A DNA stretch of 64,000 nt from Malacoraja senta (taxonomy: Eukaryota). Positions within the stretch are counted from its first letter, which is position 1; every line of letters starts with the position of its first letter. Below are positions 11,967 through 24,614 of the stretch, in pieces. A program made the translations under genes and the position numbers. Under the pieces are notes generated by a model. The model was not told where the DNA came from. It worked only from the letters and a program-made list of their open reading frames with translations, and did not search any database. The stretch lies in NCBI GenBank assembly GCA_038087875.1, contig CM075993.1, forward strand, positions 870,001 through 934,000, in the 5' to 3' direction.

Positions 11967-14900
11967 TTCATAATTGACTGGACCCTTTCTAGTTTTCTGT
12001 TGATGAAGCCGGGTGCCTGGTTACAGACATACAGAAACTATGCTGCCATTGTGTGTAGACCCAAAAGGTCACATCTCCATGCTCCTCTGAGATGCTGCCT
12101 GACCTGTGGAGCAACTTTGTGACTTTTGTTGTAAACCAGCATCTGCAATTCCTTGTTTTCCCCAATATTGTGCTTTGTTCACTTCACTAAATGCAGAATA
12201 TTCTGATCTGCTTTGTTTCAGCGAGGCACTTCCCCTTCACATCCATTCCATGATCAAAACCTCTGAGGTAATTGGTTATGTGGGTCAGTAGCTGGCCACA
12301 GAGCACCAGTCTCTGTGTGTCACGGGAGCTTGTCAGTCAGCAGCACTCCAGCCTGCACCTTGATCCACCAGACCAGAGGGCTCGTTCTCCCAGTGGATCC
12401 TGCAGCAGGCTGATTGTGTGGCCATGGGTCCTGGGAATGACCCACGGGTGCAGTGTGTGTGTGTTCCACAGCTAGAGTGGGTGGGGGTGGGGGTGGGGGG
12501 AGGATCAGTGTGCCACATTTCGTTCACTCTATGTGAATAATGAAAGGCCTGGATAGAGTGGATGTGGAGAGGATGTTTCCAGTAGTGGGAGAGTCTAGGA
12601 CTAGAGGGCACAGCCTCAGAATTAAAGGACGTTCCTTTAGGAAGGAGATGAGGAATTTCTTTAGTCGGAGGGTAGTGAATCTGTGGAATTTATTGCTACA
12701 GAAGGCTGTGGAGCCAAGTCGGTGGATATTTTTAAGGCAGAGATAGATAGATTCTTGATTAGTATGGGTGTTAGGGGTTATGGGGAGAAGGGTTAGGAGA
12801 GAGATCGGCCATGATTTAATGAAGTACGCTTGATGGGCCGAATGGCCGTTCAGCTCCTGTAACTTATGACCTTAGCAGTGGTTGTGCTGGTGCCTGTTTG
12901 TGATGAAGTCCATGTCACTACAAGCTCTACAATGTCGAAAGCATGTCCTGACACATCATTAGTTGATCAATAAGCTTTTGTTTTTGCCTTCTGGCTTCAA
13001 AACTTGCTTGTGTGAAAAGTGTTTTTTTAACGCAGTGAGCTCTGCCTGCAGGGTTTAGCATAACGTGAATGCTGTTTATTGTCGGCAAGGGCTGAAGCAG
13101 CAGCTGCTGCCTCTTGTCACACGCGGCCTTTCAGGAAACCTCTGCTTCCGACGTGACTCTTGGCACCCGAGTCACACAGTTGGAAGTGACGGAGCCGAGG
13201 GCTGAGTGACTGAGAGCTATTGGACATCATCTGGGGATTTGTAGATGGGCCTTTGCCTGGGATAAGTGGGAAGACACTGCAATCAACCAGACTCCTGGCC
13301 CAGAACATCTGGGCATCTTAACCTGTATGGAGCTGGGTACCAACCCCAAACATCACCTATCCATGTTTTCCACAGGTGCTGCCTGACCTGCTGAGTAACT
13401 CCAGCACTTCTCCACTTGGTCCGTGAGCTTGTGGGGACTGGCCTGTTAAATGCACGTTCATCTATTGAGAGTTTGAGTGACTCATTATGTGAAAACACTT
13501 CCCCTTTTCACTCATCTCTGTTCTGTATCCTTTATTGGAATGAGAAGACTCCAGTCTCACTCAAGAAACCAACTACTGGTGGAACTCAACAGGCCAGGCA
13601 GCTTCTGTGGAGGGAAATGGACGTGGTGTCTTAGGCCGGGATCCTTCTGAACAAGGTCCTGACCTGATACGTTGTCGCTCTACAGATGCTGCCTGATCTC
13701 AAGATCGTATCTGCAGTTATCTCCAGTTGAGCTTATCTCCTCAATGCGAAACTTGCCACCTCGCCACAACTTCATGAATCTCCCTAATTCTGTTACCCGT
13801 GGTGTGATGAACTTCAGCTGTGGCCCAACTAGTGTTTGTGCAGCACAGCAGCAGGCCATTCAGCCCACATAGCCATGCTAGCCATTTATATAATTCCGTT
13901 GATGAGTTTTTGGATAGTAGTCTTCCGTGCATTGACAGATGAAATGTTTAGATGTTACTTAAGCAGTTTGTTCCACATTCCATCTGCCCTCTCGGTAACT
14001 TCCTTGCATCAACACCAGATGTAGACTCGCCTTTCTCTTCATATTCCTCGAGGTGCCTTAACTGGCTCATCTTCATCTGTAGCCATTCTCTCCCAGAACC
14101 CACTTGTTATTTTGTAGATTTCCTTGCCTTTCTCAAATGTCACCCTTTACACTCCTCATTATAGTCAGTTTGTTCATCGCCTATTCCACTTCTCCAGAGA
14201 TGCTGCCTGACCCGCTGAGTTATTCCGGCTTTTTTTTAATCTATCTTGTTGATTATTCTCCCTCCCACCGTCTCAAGAATATTCCAGTTAACATCGTTCA
14301 CATCAGCAAGAATGTTTTTTTTTAATTCTTTATTTCGAACAGAATAAAAAATAAAAAGCAAGTATGAAACAGCATACACAAAAACAAAACAAGAATGTTC
14401 ATAAAGTGTCATGAACAATATTTATAAATAGCAGTTTGAAAGGGCAGCTACTGTTGCGGTATTTTACTATCAGAGACTGAGTGTGTGGGTGATGTCCAAA
14501 CTGCAAAGAGGAAGTGCGAGTTGCTGATGTGTCTGATTGCCCACAAGAGTCATCTCTGTCGTGACTTTACAGCAACTTCCCCGTGTGTGTTGGGCACATC
14601 ATGGGACAGATGATGAGAGGTTTGGCGACTGTAATCCCTACTGTTCAATGGGGACGGGACGGGACGACCCCCAGCTCCCCACATCACACGACCATGGGAG
14701 TCACGTTGAAGTAATTCATTCATAGACAGACAGGACGGAAACAGCCCCTTGGTCCAACTCATCGAAGCTGAGCAAGTTTCCCGCCCCTTGTAACAGCTGT
14801 AACGCGATGTCCCAACTCCTCTGCTCCATTTGCAGCCTTCAGCACCCTACCCACCTGTGTCAAACCATAAAACCCTGGACCCACCACTAGCTCTCTCCGT

Positions 14901-15119
14901 TCACCAGAGATCTACCCGAAACGTCACCTATTCCTTCGCTCCATAGATGCTGCCTCACCCGCTGAGTTTCTCCAGCACTTTTGTCTTCCCTCTGTCACCT
15001 CTCTAAATAAATCTCAATCAAATGAATGAGACATGATTTCCCACTTCAACCCCGCTTGCTGTCTCTAATCAGTCCTTACCAAATGCATTGAGATCCCTTC
15101 TCAGAACCCCCTGCAATAA

Positions 15120-15400
15120 CTTGGTCCGGGTCTGGTCCGGGTGCGGGGCGGGTCCGGTCCGGGTCTGGTGCGGGGCGGGGACGGTGCGGGGCGGGTCTGG
15201 GCTTGCGGCGGGGACGGGGCGGGTCAAGACGGGACAGTCGGGCTCGGCGCTCCGGGACTCGCTGAGCAGCTGCGGGATGATCGCAGTTCGGATCCCGTGG
15301 GTGGGGCAGGAGGTGGCGGGGAACTCGGACAAACTGCACACGGTGAGGGGTGAGAACCGGGTCTGACCCTGGTCACCGGCGGCCCCGCGGCTGAAGCCAG
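15120..15400 (+). promoter_or_regulatory. CpG island / GC-box promoter of the SNX22-like gene
   Basis: Locally CpG-rich, with several GGGGCGGG boxes just upstream of the ATG at 15277. Confidence 0.7.
15277..15342 (+). CDS. SNX22: Sorting nexin-22-like, coding exon 1
   Basis: MIAVRIPWVGQEVAGNSDKLHT then gtgagg donor; resembles the SNX22 N-terminus (MLEVHIPSVG...EKSHM); lies directly downstream of SNX1 as in other vertebrates. Confidence 0.85.
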
Positions 15401-15406
15401 TCTCGA

Positions 15407-15735
15407 GTGTGTCTGTCTGTGTGTGCGTGTCTCTGTCTCAGTGTGTGTCTGTCTGTGTCTCTCTGTGTGTGTCTGTGTGTGTGTGTGTGTGTGTGTCTCT
15501 GTGTGTGTGTGTGTGTGTCTGTGTGTGTGTGTGTGTCTCTGTGTGTGTGTGTGTGTGTCTGTGTGTCTGTCTCTCTGTCTGTCTCTGTGTCTCTGTCTGT
15601 GTGTGTGTCTCTGTGTGTGTGTGTGTCTGTCTCTGTGGGTGTGTGTGTCTGTCTGTGTCTGTGTGTGTCTGTCTGTGTCTGTCTGTCTCTGTGTCTGTGT
15701 CTGTGTCTGTGTCTCTGTCTGTGTGTGTGTCTGTC
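15407..15735. repeat. (TG/TC)n compound microsatellite
   Basis: Direct inspection. Confidence 0.95.
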
Positions 15736-16768
15736 CGCCCGGGTCTCTGTGAATCGCCCCCGGAGTCAATGTCACCGGTTTTGTTGCCTCCCCCCAAACT
15801 CTGCTGCAACTTAACGTCACGCTTTGTAAAACTCGTCTGGTGCCCCCACCCCGAACGCCGTCTGTCCGCCCCCACAGACGCTGCCCGACCCGCAGACTTC
15901 CTCCAGCACTTCGTGTTTTGATGCAAATGCCAGCACCTGCAGTTCCCCGCGTCGCTACTGATGAGAGGTCGACCACACGCAGCGTGTGCCCCCCCCTCCA
16001 TCTCCCCCCCTTCATCTCCCCCCCTCTCCCCCTCCACCCCCCCTCCCTCTCCCCCTCCACGACCCACCTGCGCCGAGTTGTCGCCGCCCCGCCCGGGAGC
16101 CGCCCTGCGAACGAGAGTAAAAATGGACGACACATGTTTAAGGTGAAGGGGAAAAGATTTAATAGGAGGCTGAGGGGTAACTTTTTCACACAAAGGGTGG
16201 TGGGTGTATGGAACAAGCTGCCAGAGGAGGTAGTTGAGGCTGGGACTATCACAACATTTAAGAAACAGTTGGACAGATACATGGATAGGACAGGTTTGGA
16301 GGGATATGGACCAAACGCGGGCAGGTGGGACTAGTGTAGCTGGGACATGTTGGCCGGTGTGGGCAAGTTGGACAATAGACAATAGGTGCAGGAGTAGGCC
16401 ATTCGGCCCTTCGAGCCAGCACCGCCATTCATTGTGATCATGGCTGATCATCCCCAATCAGTACCCCGTTCCTGCCTTCTCCCCATATCCCCTGACCGCT
16501 ATTTTTAAGAGCCCTATCTAGCTCATCTTGAAAGAATCCAGAGAACCTGCCTCCACCGCCCTCTGAGGCAGAGAATTCCACAGACTCACCACGTTTCCTC
16601 GTCTCCGTTCTAAATGGCTTACTCCTTATTCTTAAACTGTGGCCCTGGTTGGGCCGAAGGGCCTGTTTCCATGCTGGGAGACTGCGGATATAAGCTGGGT
16701 TACCTTGGGGTCAGCTCCCTCTGCCAGGGTCGGGGGTCAGGGGTCTCACCGTCTCCCTCTGGTCCCAG

Positions 16769-16852
16769 GTTTTCCGGATCGAGGTTCTCACCAACGGAAG
16801 GAGGCACTCGGTGGATCGGCGATATCGGGACTTCCACTCCCTACACAAGAAG
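16769..16852 (+). CDS. SNX22: SNX22-like coding exon 2 (PX domain)
   Basis: tcccag/gtgggt; VFRIEVLTNGRRHSVDRRYRDFHSLHKK with the PX RRY motif. Confidence 0.9.
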
Positions 16853-16884
16853 GTGGGTGGTCACCCCAGCTGGCACCAGCCTTC

Positions 16885-17560
16885 CCCCCACAGCCTGTCT
16901 CTCCCTCCCCCCCATAGTCACTCCCCCTCCCCACCCACAGTCTGTCTCTCCCTCCCCCCCCCCACAGTCTGTCTCTCCCTCCCCCCCACAGTCTGTCTCC
17001 CCCTCCCCACCCACAGTCTGTCTCCCCCTCCCCACCCACAGTCTGTCTCCCCCTCCCCACCCAGTCTGTCTCCCCCTCCCCCCCCACAGTCTCTCCCCCT
17101 CCCCACAGTCTCTCCCTTCCTCACCCACAATCTGTTTCTCCCTCCCCCCCACAGTCTCTCCCCCTCCCCACCCACAGTCTGTCCCCCCCTCCCCCCCCAC
17201 ATTCTCTCCCCCCCTCCCACCCCACATTCTCTCCCCCTCCCCACCCAGTCTGTCTCCCCCTCCCCCCCCACAGTCTCTCCCATCCCCTCCCCACAGTCTC
17301 TCCCTTCCTCACCCACAATCTGTTTCTCCCTCCCCCCCACAGTCTCTCCCCCTCCCCACCCACAGTCTGTCCCCCCCTCCCCCCCCACATTCTCTCCCCC
17401 TCCCCACCCAGTCTGTCTCCCCCTCCCCCCCCACAGTCTCTCCCCCTCCCCACCCACAGTCTGTCCCCCCCTCCCCCCCCACATTCTCTCCCCCCCTCCC
17501 CCCCTACATTCTCTCCCCCTCCCCACCCACAGTCTGTCTCTCCATCCCCCCAGGTCCTGT
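16885..17560. repeat. C-rich minisatellite (CCCACAGTCTGTCTCCCCCTCC-like units)
   Basis: Direct inspection; starts just after SNX22 exon 2. Confidence 0.92.
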
Positions 17561-17776
17561 GTCCCTCCTTCCCAGCTGCCCCCCCCTTCAAGGGCCTGAC
17601 CTCTCCCCCCCCCCCCCAACTCCCACCCACGTCGCACCCAATTTTTGTTCTCACCAGCAAACAGCTAATGATGACGGCCTGTTTCCTGTATCACTTTTTT
17701 TGCATATCTTTCATTCATTTGTTCTACATCTCTCTACATCACCGTCTATATCTCATTTCCCTCCCCCCTGACTAGT

Positions 17777-17804
17777 CTGAAGAAGGGTCTCGACCCGAAA
17801 CGTC
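17777..17804 (+). ncRNA. Minimal type I hammerhead ribozyme core (Penelope-associated)
   Basis: CTGAAGA-A-GGGT(CTCG)ACCC-GAAAC-GTC; stem I only about 2 bp. Confidence 0.6.
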
Positions 17805-18870
17805 ACCCATCCCTTCTCTCCAGAGATGCTGCCTGTCCCTCTGAGTTACTCCAGCTATTTGTGTCTACCTTCGGTTTAAACCAGCATCTGCAGTTCCTTC
17901 CTACAGGAGTGTTGTGAATCTCCCTGTGTACGTCTTGCCCTCCCGCTCATAGGGCAGGGATGGGTGGGGTGGGCATGGGGGTACCGATGTTGCCACAGTT
18001 GCTGTTCGGGGAGTTTGGGGTCCGTGGTGTAGCGAGGACCCTGTTGTGCAGAGCAGCCCGGCTGTCGTGAGGAATGGCCAGAAGGCAAGCACTAATTATA
18101 GCGACATGCTGGAGAGGCTCGGATTACAGGTTTACTGGCGTGCGGAGATCACGGTGAGGGTGGCCTGATCTGACCCTAAACGTCATCTGTGAATGCAGCA
18201 CCCAGACCACAGAGCTGTGGTGGAACAGGGATCTGTACACTGCGGTAGTCCAAGTCCATAACCCTCTGAGGGACTGAGCTACAGGAGAGGTTGAGTAGGC
18301 TGGGACCCTATTCCTTGGAGGATGAGGGGTGATCTTATAGAGGTGTATAAATTCATGAGAAGAATAGATTGGGTAGACGCACAGAGTCTCTTGCCCTGTG
18401 TAGGGGAATCGAGGACCAGAGGACATAGGTTTAAGGTGAAGGGGAAAAGATTTAATAGGAATCTGAGGGATAACTTTTCACACAAAGGGTGGTGGGTGTT
18501 TGGAACAAGCTGCCAGAGGAGGTAGTTGAGGCCGGGACTATCACAACATTTAAGAAACCGTTTGACAGGTACATGGATAGGACAGGTTTGGAGGGATATG
18601 GGCTAAACGTGTGGGACTAGTGTAAATGGGACATGTTGGCCGGTGTGGGCAAGTTGGGCCGAAGGGCCTGTTTCCATGCTGTATCACTCTGTAACGTGGG
18701 TAGTGATAGAGACAGCGTATTATCTGCTTGACTTCACCAGCGATGGCATTGAGTGAGGTTGAGCATCAGTTCGGGGAGCGGCGGAGGGGTTGTGAGCAGG
18801 CGGTGATGGGCCTGGCATCACGGCTGAGGGGTAGTTGAGGGAAGTGTGGGCTAACGCTGCTGTCCGACAG

Positions 18871-18969
18871 CTAAAGAAGAACATGAAGCCACCGGACCTG
18901 CCCCTGAAGCGAGGATTGTGGCCGCGGGCCCTGGAGCAGCGGAGAACCGGGCTCGAGATCTACCTGCAG
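18871..18969 (+). CDS. SNX22: SNX22-like coding exon 3 (PX domain)
   Basis: cgacag/gtgagg; LKKNMKPPDLPLKRGLWPRALEQRRTGLEIYLQ (PxxPxK loop, LEQRRxGLExYLQ helix). Confidence 0.9.
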
Positions 18970-19524
18970 GTGAGGTGGAGGGTCAGGGTGGGGGGGGGGG
19001 GGATCTCTTGTCGGTCAGCCCCTGGGTCTGGCGCCTGTGGCCATTCACACATCCAGCAGCGAGGTATCAGGGTTGTGTCCGAGCTGCCCCTCACCAAGGT
19101 ACAGTGAAAAGCTTTTGTTGCTTGCTAACCAGTCGGCAGAAAGACAATACACGATTACAATCGAGCCGTCCACGGTGTACAGATACATGAGAAGGGAATA
19201 ACGTTTAGTGCAAAGGTAAAGCCGGTAAAGTCCGATCACGGATAGTCTGAGGGTCTCTGGGCCGGAGCAGCGGGACCAAGGTCGACTGGAGACGCAGTGG
19301 GACTGGGGGGCAGAGGGTGGCGGGTAGAGGAGGGTGGTGGGTGACGGGGGGGGGGGTTCTATCCTGTGGTGGATGGTGTGTGTGTGACGATGGTGGGTGT
19401 GGATGGAGGGAAGGTGAGGCCACCATGGGCTGGACATTAACGTGTGCACTCTCTTTACCCCACTCCATCCCTCTCACCCCCCCCCTCCTCCTGTCTCCTC
19501 TTCCCCCCACCTCCCTCGTCCAAG

Positions 19525-19619
19525 ACCCTCCTCTGCAGCTCCACCTCCGTTTGCCGTGAGATCCTCGACTTCCTCAACATCAAGCACGTTCCCCCAGGGA
19601 AGCCCCCGGCCGACCTGAG
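19525..19619 (+). CDS. SNX22: SNX22-like coding exon 4
   Basis: Long pyrimidine tract + caag acceptor, gtgaga donor; TLLCSSTSVCREILDFLNIKHVPPGKPPADL matches the SNX22/24 LLxFLxxRH motif. Confidence 0.82.
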
Positions 19620-20709
19620 GTGAGACCCTCGCTGCAGGGGAGGGATGAGCACCCGTCCCTGTGTCAACAGATCCCGTTTAAGGCGTGAGGGTGGGTGGGC
19701 ATTGACTGGGGCAAGGTGTGGAGAGGGACAGGATGAGGCCATTCAGCCCGTCCCTCGCGTCACAGCTCCTGTCCTCATCGCAACCATCCTGGAGTAACTC
19801 AGCGGGTCAGGCAGCATCTCTGGGGAAGATGAACAGGTATAGATCTAGCTAATTATATGTGTTTGTGTACATTGAACACACACATACATACATACATTTA
19901 TTTTTCTATTTGAAATACATGTATATAAATACACATAAATACACATATATATATATATAGGTATATGTGTATGCGCATATATGTGTATATAAATATACTT
20001 GTATATACACCTATATGCAGACACACATATGTGTGCATGTGCATATACGAGTATGTGTATACAAACATACATCTGTATATATGTGTGTGTGTGTGTGTGC
20101 ACATATTTATATAGGTGTATATATAAGTATGTTCATATGTACACATATAAGGGTGTATGTGTATATACAGTGCAGTAGTAAAGAAGGCAAATTCAATGCT
20201 AGCATTTGTACCAAGTGGACAGGAATTCAAAAACGGATGTAATGGTCAGGTTGCATTTGGAGTATTGTGAACAGATTTCGACCCCATATCTGAGGAAGGA
20301 TGTGCTGGCTCTGGAGAGGGTTCAGAGGAGGTTAACATATCAGTGATTTTGACAGCACTGGGCCTGTACACGCTGGTTTCGTTGTTGTCGTGGCTATCCC
20401 TCGAGGTCGATGTTGTTTTTATGGACTCGCTGGAGTTTAGAAGGTTTAAGGGGGGACCCCATTGAAACTTACCGAATAATGAACAGCTTGGATAGAGTGG
20501 TTGTGGAGCCAGAGGTCACAGCCTCAGAATTATGTATATTTATTAATGCAGATATACACACACGTATATTATATATATTTGCAAGTGTGTTTGTGTATAT
20601 ACAAGTGTCTGCAAACATGCACACATATATATGTACACACATGCCTATAAATATATACATAACACACATATATATATTATATATATAAGTTTATGTATGT
20701 GTATATATA

Positions 20710-21631
20710 CAGTGGCTTGGAAAGGTTTTCATACCCCTTGAACTTTTCCACATTTTGTCACGTTACAACCACAAACGTAAATGTATTTTATTGGGATTTT
20801 ATGTGATAGACCAACACAAAGTGGTGCATAATTGTGAAGTGGAAGGAAAATGATACATGGTTTTCAAATTTTTTTTACAAATAAAAAACTGAAAAGTGTG
20901 GCGTGCAAAAGTATTCAGCCCCCCTGAGTCAATACTTTGTAGAACCACCTTTCGCTGCAATTACAGCTGCAAGTCTTTTGGGGTATGTCTCTACCAGCTT
21001 TGCACATCTAGAGACTGAAATTTTTGTCCATTCTTCTTGGCAAAATAGCTCAAGCTCAGTCAGATTGGATGGAGAGCGTCTGTGAACAGCAATTTTCAAG
21101 TCTTGCCAGAGATTCTCAATTGGATTTAGGTCTGGACTTTGACTGGGCCATTCTAACACATGAATATGCTTTGATCTAAACCATTCCATTGTAGCTCTGG
21201 CTGTATGTTTAGGGTCGTTGTCCTGCTGGAAGATGAACCTCCGCCCCAGTCTCAAGTCTTTTGCAGACTCTAACAGGTTTTCTTCCAAGATTGCCCTGTA
21301 TTTGGCTCCATCCATCTTCCCATCAACTCTAACCAGCTTCCCTGTCCCTGCTGAAGAAAAGCATCCCCACAGCATGATGCTGCCACCACCATGTTTCACA
21401 GTGGGGATGGTGTGTTCAGGGTGATGTGCAGTGTTAGGTTTCCGCCACACATAGCGTTTTGCATTTAGGCCAAAAACTTCAATTTTGGTCTCATCTGACC
21501 AGAGCACCTTCCTCCACATGTTTGCTGTGTCCCCCACATGGCTTGTGGCAAACTGCAAATGGGACTTCTTGTGGCTTTTTTTCAACAATGGCTTTCTTCT
21601 TGCCACTCTTCCATAAAGGCCCGATTTGTGG
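20710..21631 (-). mobile_element. Tc1/mariner (DD34E) DNA transposon, 3' part, cut by the assembly gap
   Basis: TA + CAGTG terminus at 20708-20714 with an inner direct repeat near 20900; open transposase with WSDETK, QQDNDPKH and SPDLNPIE motifs, 34 residues between D2 and E. Confidence 0.95.
20929..21631 (-). CDS. Tc1 transposase, catalytic C-terminal part
   Basis: About 233 uninterrupted codons from the gap to ...AAKGGSTKY*. Confidence 0.88.
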
Positions 21632-21831
21632 NNNNNNNNNNNNNNNNNNNNNNNNNNNNNNNNNNNNNNNNNNNNNNNNNNNNNNNNNNNNNNNNNNNNN
21701 NNNNNNNNNNNNNNNNNNNNNNNNNNNNNNNNNNNNNNNNNNNNNNNNNNNNNNNNNNNNNNNNNNNNNNNNNNNNNNNNNNNNNNNNNNNNNNNNNNNN
21801 NNNNNNNNNNNNNNNNNNNNNNNNNNNNNNN
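21632..21831. other. Assembly gap (200 N)
   Basis: Run of N. Confidence 1.
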
Positions 21832-22032
21832 GCACAACATTGACAGTGCGACAGTGCTTTCTGCTCCAGAGAATCCTCGCTCTGAGTTCCTGTAGTCACT
21901 GCTGAGGTGTCGGTGACAGATAATGTACATTTAACAAGCTCCTACAAATAACATTGGCTGGGCGTCTGGGTAAATGATAAATATAGCCAAAGGCATCAGG
22001 AGAGCTTGCTTGTTGTACACCTGCACTAAAGT

Positions 22033-22158
22033 CAGTTATCTCATTAACCCAGTTCATTCAATGGCCAGTTATCTCATTAACCCAGTCCATTCAATGGCCA
22101 GTTATCTCATTAACCCAGTCCATTCAATGGCCAGTTATCTCATTAACCCAGTCCATTA
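22033..22158. repeat. 33-bp tandem repeat, about 3.7 copies
   Basis: Unit AGTTATCTCATTAACCCAGTCCATTCAATGGCC. Confidence 0.92.
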
Positions 22159-22187
22159 ACTCATGAAGTGGACGCAAGGTGAGGCAC

Positions 22188-22499
22188 AGGGGCACGGCTG
22201 AGAGAGTTGATGCCTCGCCACGCCAGAGACCCGGGTTCGATCCTGACCTCGGCTGCTGCCTGTGTGGAGTTGGCACCTTCTCCCTGTGACTGCGTGGGTT
22301 TCCTCTGGGTGCTCTGGTTTCCTGCCACATTCCAAAGACGTGCAAGATTGAAGGCTAATTGGCCCTCTATAAATGAGCCCGTGTGTGTAGGGAGTGGATG
22401 TGGAAGTGGGTTAAAGTAGAACTCGTCTGCACGGGTGACCCATGGTTGGCATGGACTTGGTGGGCCGAAGGGCCTGTTTTCCACTGTGTCTCTAAACTA
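22188..22499 (+). mobile_element. V-SINE (HE1-like)
   Basis: B-box GGTTCGATCC, V-domain, CR1-like tail ending gggccgaagggcctgttt...tctaaacta. Confidence 0.78.
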
Positions 22500-23914
22500 C
22501 ACTAGGTACTGGGGTATCTCCGCGGGTCAGGCACGGGTGACATTTCGGTTCGAGACCTTTCTTTCGACTCATTGAAGGCGGGGGGGGAGGGGGGAGAGCA
22601 AGCTGGTAGAGTGGAGGGGCAGGACACAGCCTGGCAGGTAATAGGTTGATACCTGACGAGGGGCTTTTGGTTGGACAGTGGCCAGAGAGGGAAGGACAGA
22701 AAGTGTGGGACAAAAGGATTGTAGGGGCAAGTTGAGATGGGGCACAGCAGGGGATATGGGGAGAAGGCAGGAATGGGGTACTGATTGGGGATGATCAGCC
22801 ATGATCACATTGAATGGCGGTGCTGGCTCGAAGGGCCGAATGGCCTACTCCTGCACCTATTGTCTATTCTGGGTGCAGGACAGAGAGCTACAGATTTCCC
22901 TGACGCCAGATGGCTGCTGAGTTGCAGGTGGCTCCACATCATGGCTGGCTCAGGGCACCAGAGTGACATTAGAACCCAGCCTGCAACACACTGCAGCCTC
23001 AGGGACAGTGACTGGAGCAGGTCCAGGTTAATATCCCTTCATCTAGAATTCAGGCTACATGGAAGGAAAGAATAAGACATACCTTTAAAAAGATTAGGGG
23101 GAATATCTTTAGTCAGAAGGTGGTGAATCTGTTGAATCTGTGGAGGCCAAGTCAAGGGATATTTTTAAGGCAGAGTTTGACAGATTCTTGATCAGTGCGG
23201 GTGTCAAGGGTTATGGAGAGAAGGCAGGAGAATGGGGTTGAGAGGGAGAGATTGATCAGCCATGATTGGATGGCTGAATGGACTCGATGGGCCGAATGGC
23301 CTAATTCTGCTCTGATGACCCATGAACCTATGAGGTTGGCGTGGGCGCGCTGGGAGGTGGCGCAGCAAGGAAGGAGAAGGAACGGCCTGCGCTCCTTGGT
23401 TTGTTTTGGAGTTAGAATTCACTTGTTTATCTCAGTAATCAATGTACATCAGCTTGTGGCAAACCCTCCAGGTATGTCTTGTAGCTCTCACCATGCGCAA
23501 TATTAAAGTGGTTTTGTTCCATTTCCTCTTCCAAGTCGTTCAAATCATCGAAGGAGATCACCACGAGGGGGGGGGGGAGGTTGGTGGTGGGGAAGAGCAC
23601 CTGGCTTGTGTGGGGGGGGGGTGGATGGATGGAGCAACCAAGAATCCTCCAAGCACAGGTCTAGAGTTGTCACCCTGCATGGGATTAACGGCCCATTTGT
23701 GAATCTCACTGCATTAGGCTGTTGGTCCCTCTGGAGAGAGGAAGAGGGTGGAATATTAGAACCAGGAATGTTGGGGAATGTTGGCACGTCGACAAATACT
23801 CTATTGAATTTCTGCAGATTACATTGCAGAGCATATTGTACGGTTACATTGCGGCCTGGTTCAGTAACTCAAATGCCCAGGAAAGAAATGCCCAGGTTCG
23901 CAAGAGGCAGGAAA

Positions 23915-24232
23915 CACGTTCCCGATGTTGGGGGAGTCCAGAACCAGGGGCCACAGTTTAAGAATAAGGGGTAAGCCATTTAGAACGGAGACGAGGAAAA
24001 ACGTTTTCACCCAGAGAGTTGTGAGTCTGTGGAATTCTCTGCCTCAGAAGGCAGTGGAGGCCAATTCTCTGGATTCTTTCAAGAGAGAGTTAGATAGGGC
24101 TCTTAAAAATAGCGGAGTCAGGGGAAATGGGGAGAAGGCAGGAACGGGGTACTGATTGGGGATGATCAGCCATGATCGGTGTTGGCTCAAACGGCCGAAT
24201 GGCCTCCTCCTGCACCTATTGTATATTGTCTA
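23915..24232 (+). mobile_element. CR1 3' tail (similar copies near 12540, 16135, 18320, 25270, 34625, 40480, 47375, 62225, 63320)
   Basis: LGESRTRGHSLRIRGKPFRTE...FTQRVVSLWNSLP plus the conserved 3' UTR gatcagccatgat...ggccgaatggcc. Confidence 0.85.
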
Positions 24233-24346
24233 TTTGTATTGTTACTCCAGCATTATGTGATCCACACCACCATTCTTGGTCACTGAGGACGAGGAGCTCA
24301 TCCGGGCCAGGCTTGTAAGTAGCAGGGCTGCAGGAGCGGCTCACAG

Positions 24347-24614
24347 GAGATCCTCCACCCATGACTCGCCTCCGTACACCTCAATCCATCGCCACCATCT
24401 GCAGGGTTGTGATGGGACGGTCCTCTCTGGCCTGACCTGGCCTGGTGACTGCAGCTCCAATATCACCAGCCTCAACAACATGGAGGGCCAGAGTAGCTCA
24501 CATCCACCACCGTGTTCATTCACTCCACCGCCAGCTCAGCATGGCACCAACGCATGCGTGGAGAAGTCGCTGCAGTCCCTGCACAACCCCTTGACCACTA
24601 CCGCCTGTAAATGA
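24347..24614 (+). CDS. SNX22: Probable SNX22-like terminal coding exon
   Basis: cacag acceptor fits the phase-2 end of exon 4; ends TNACVEKSLQSLHNPLTTTACK*, similar to the SNX22/24 PNVVVxGVLQGLY motif; AATAAA at 25139. The acceptor is weak and small exons could be hidden in the gap. Confidence 0.55.

Noticed and set aside
15224..17771. Long overlapping ORFs (352, 339, 385, 262 aa)
   Set aside because: Translations of microsatellite, minisatellite and CR1 tail sequence; only 15277-15342 and 16769-16852 are supported exons.
21832..21930. N-terminus of the 333-aa transposase ORF
   Set aside because: It reads through the N gap; the sequence beyond the gap is not Tc1-like and has no second TIR.
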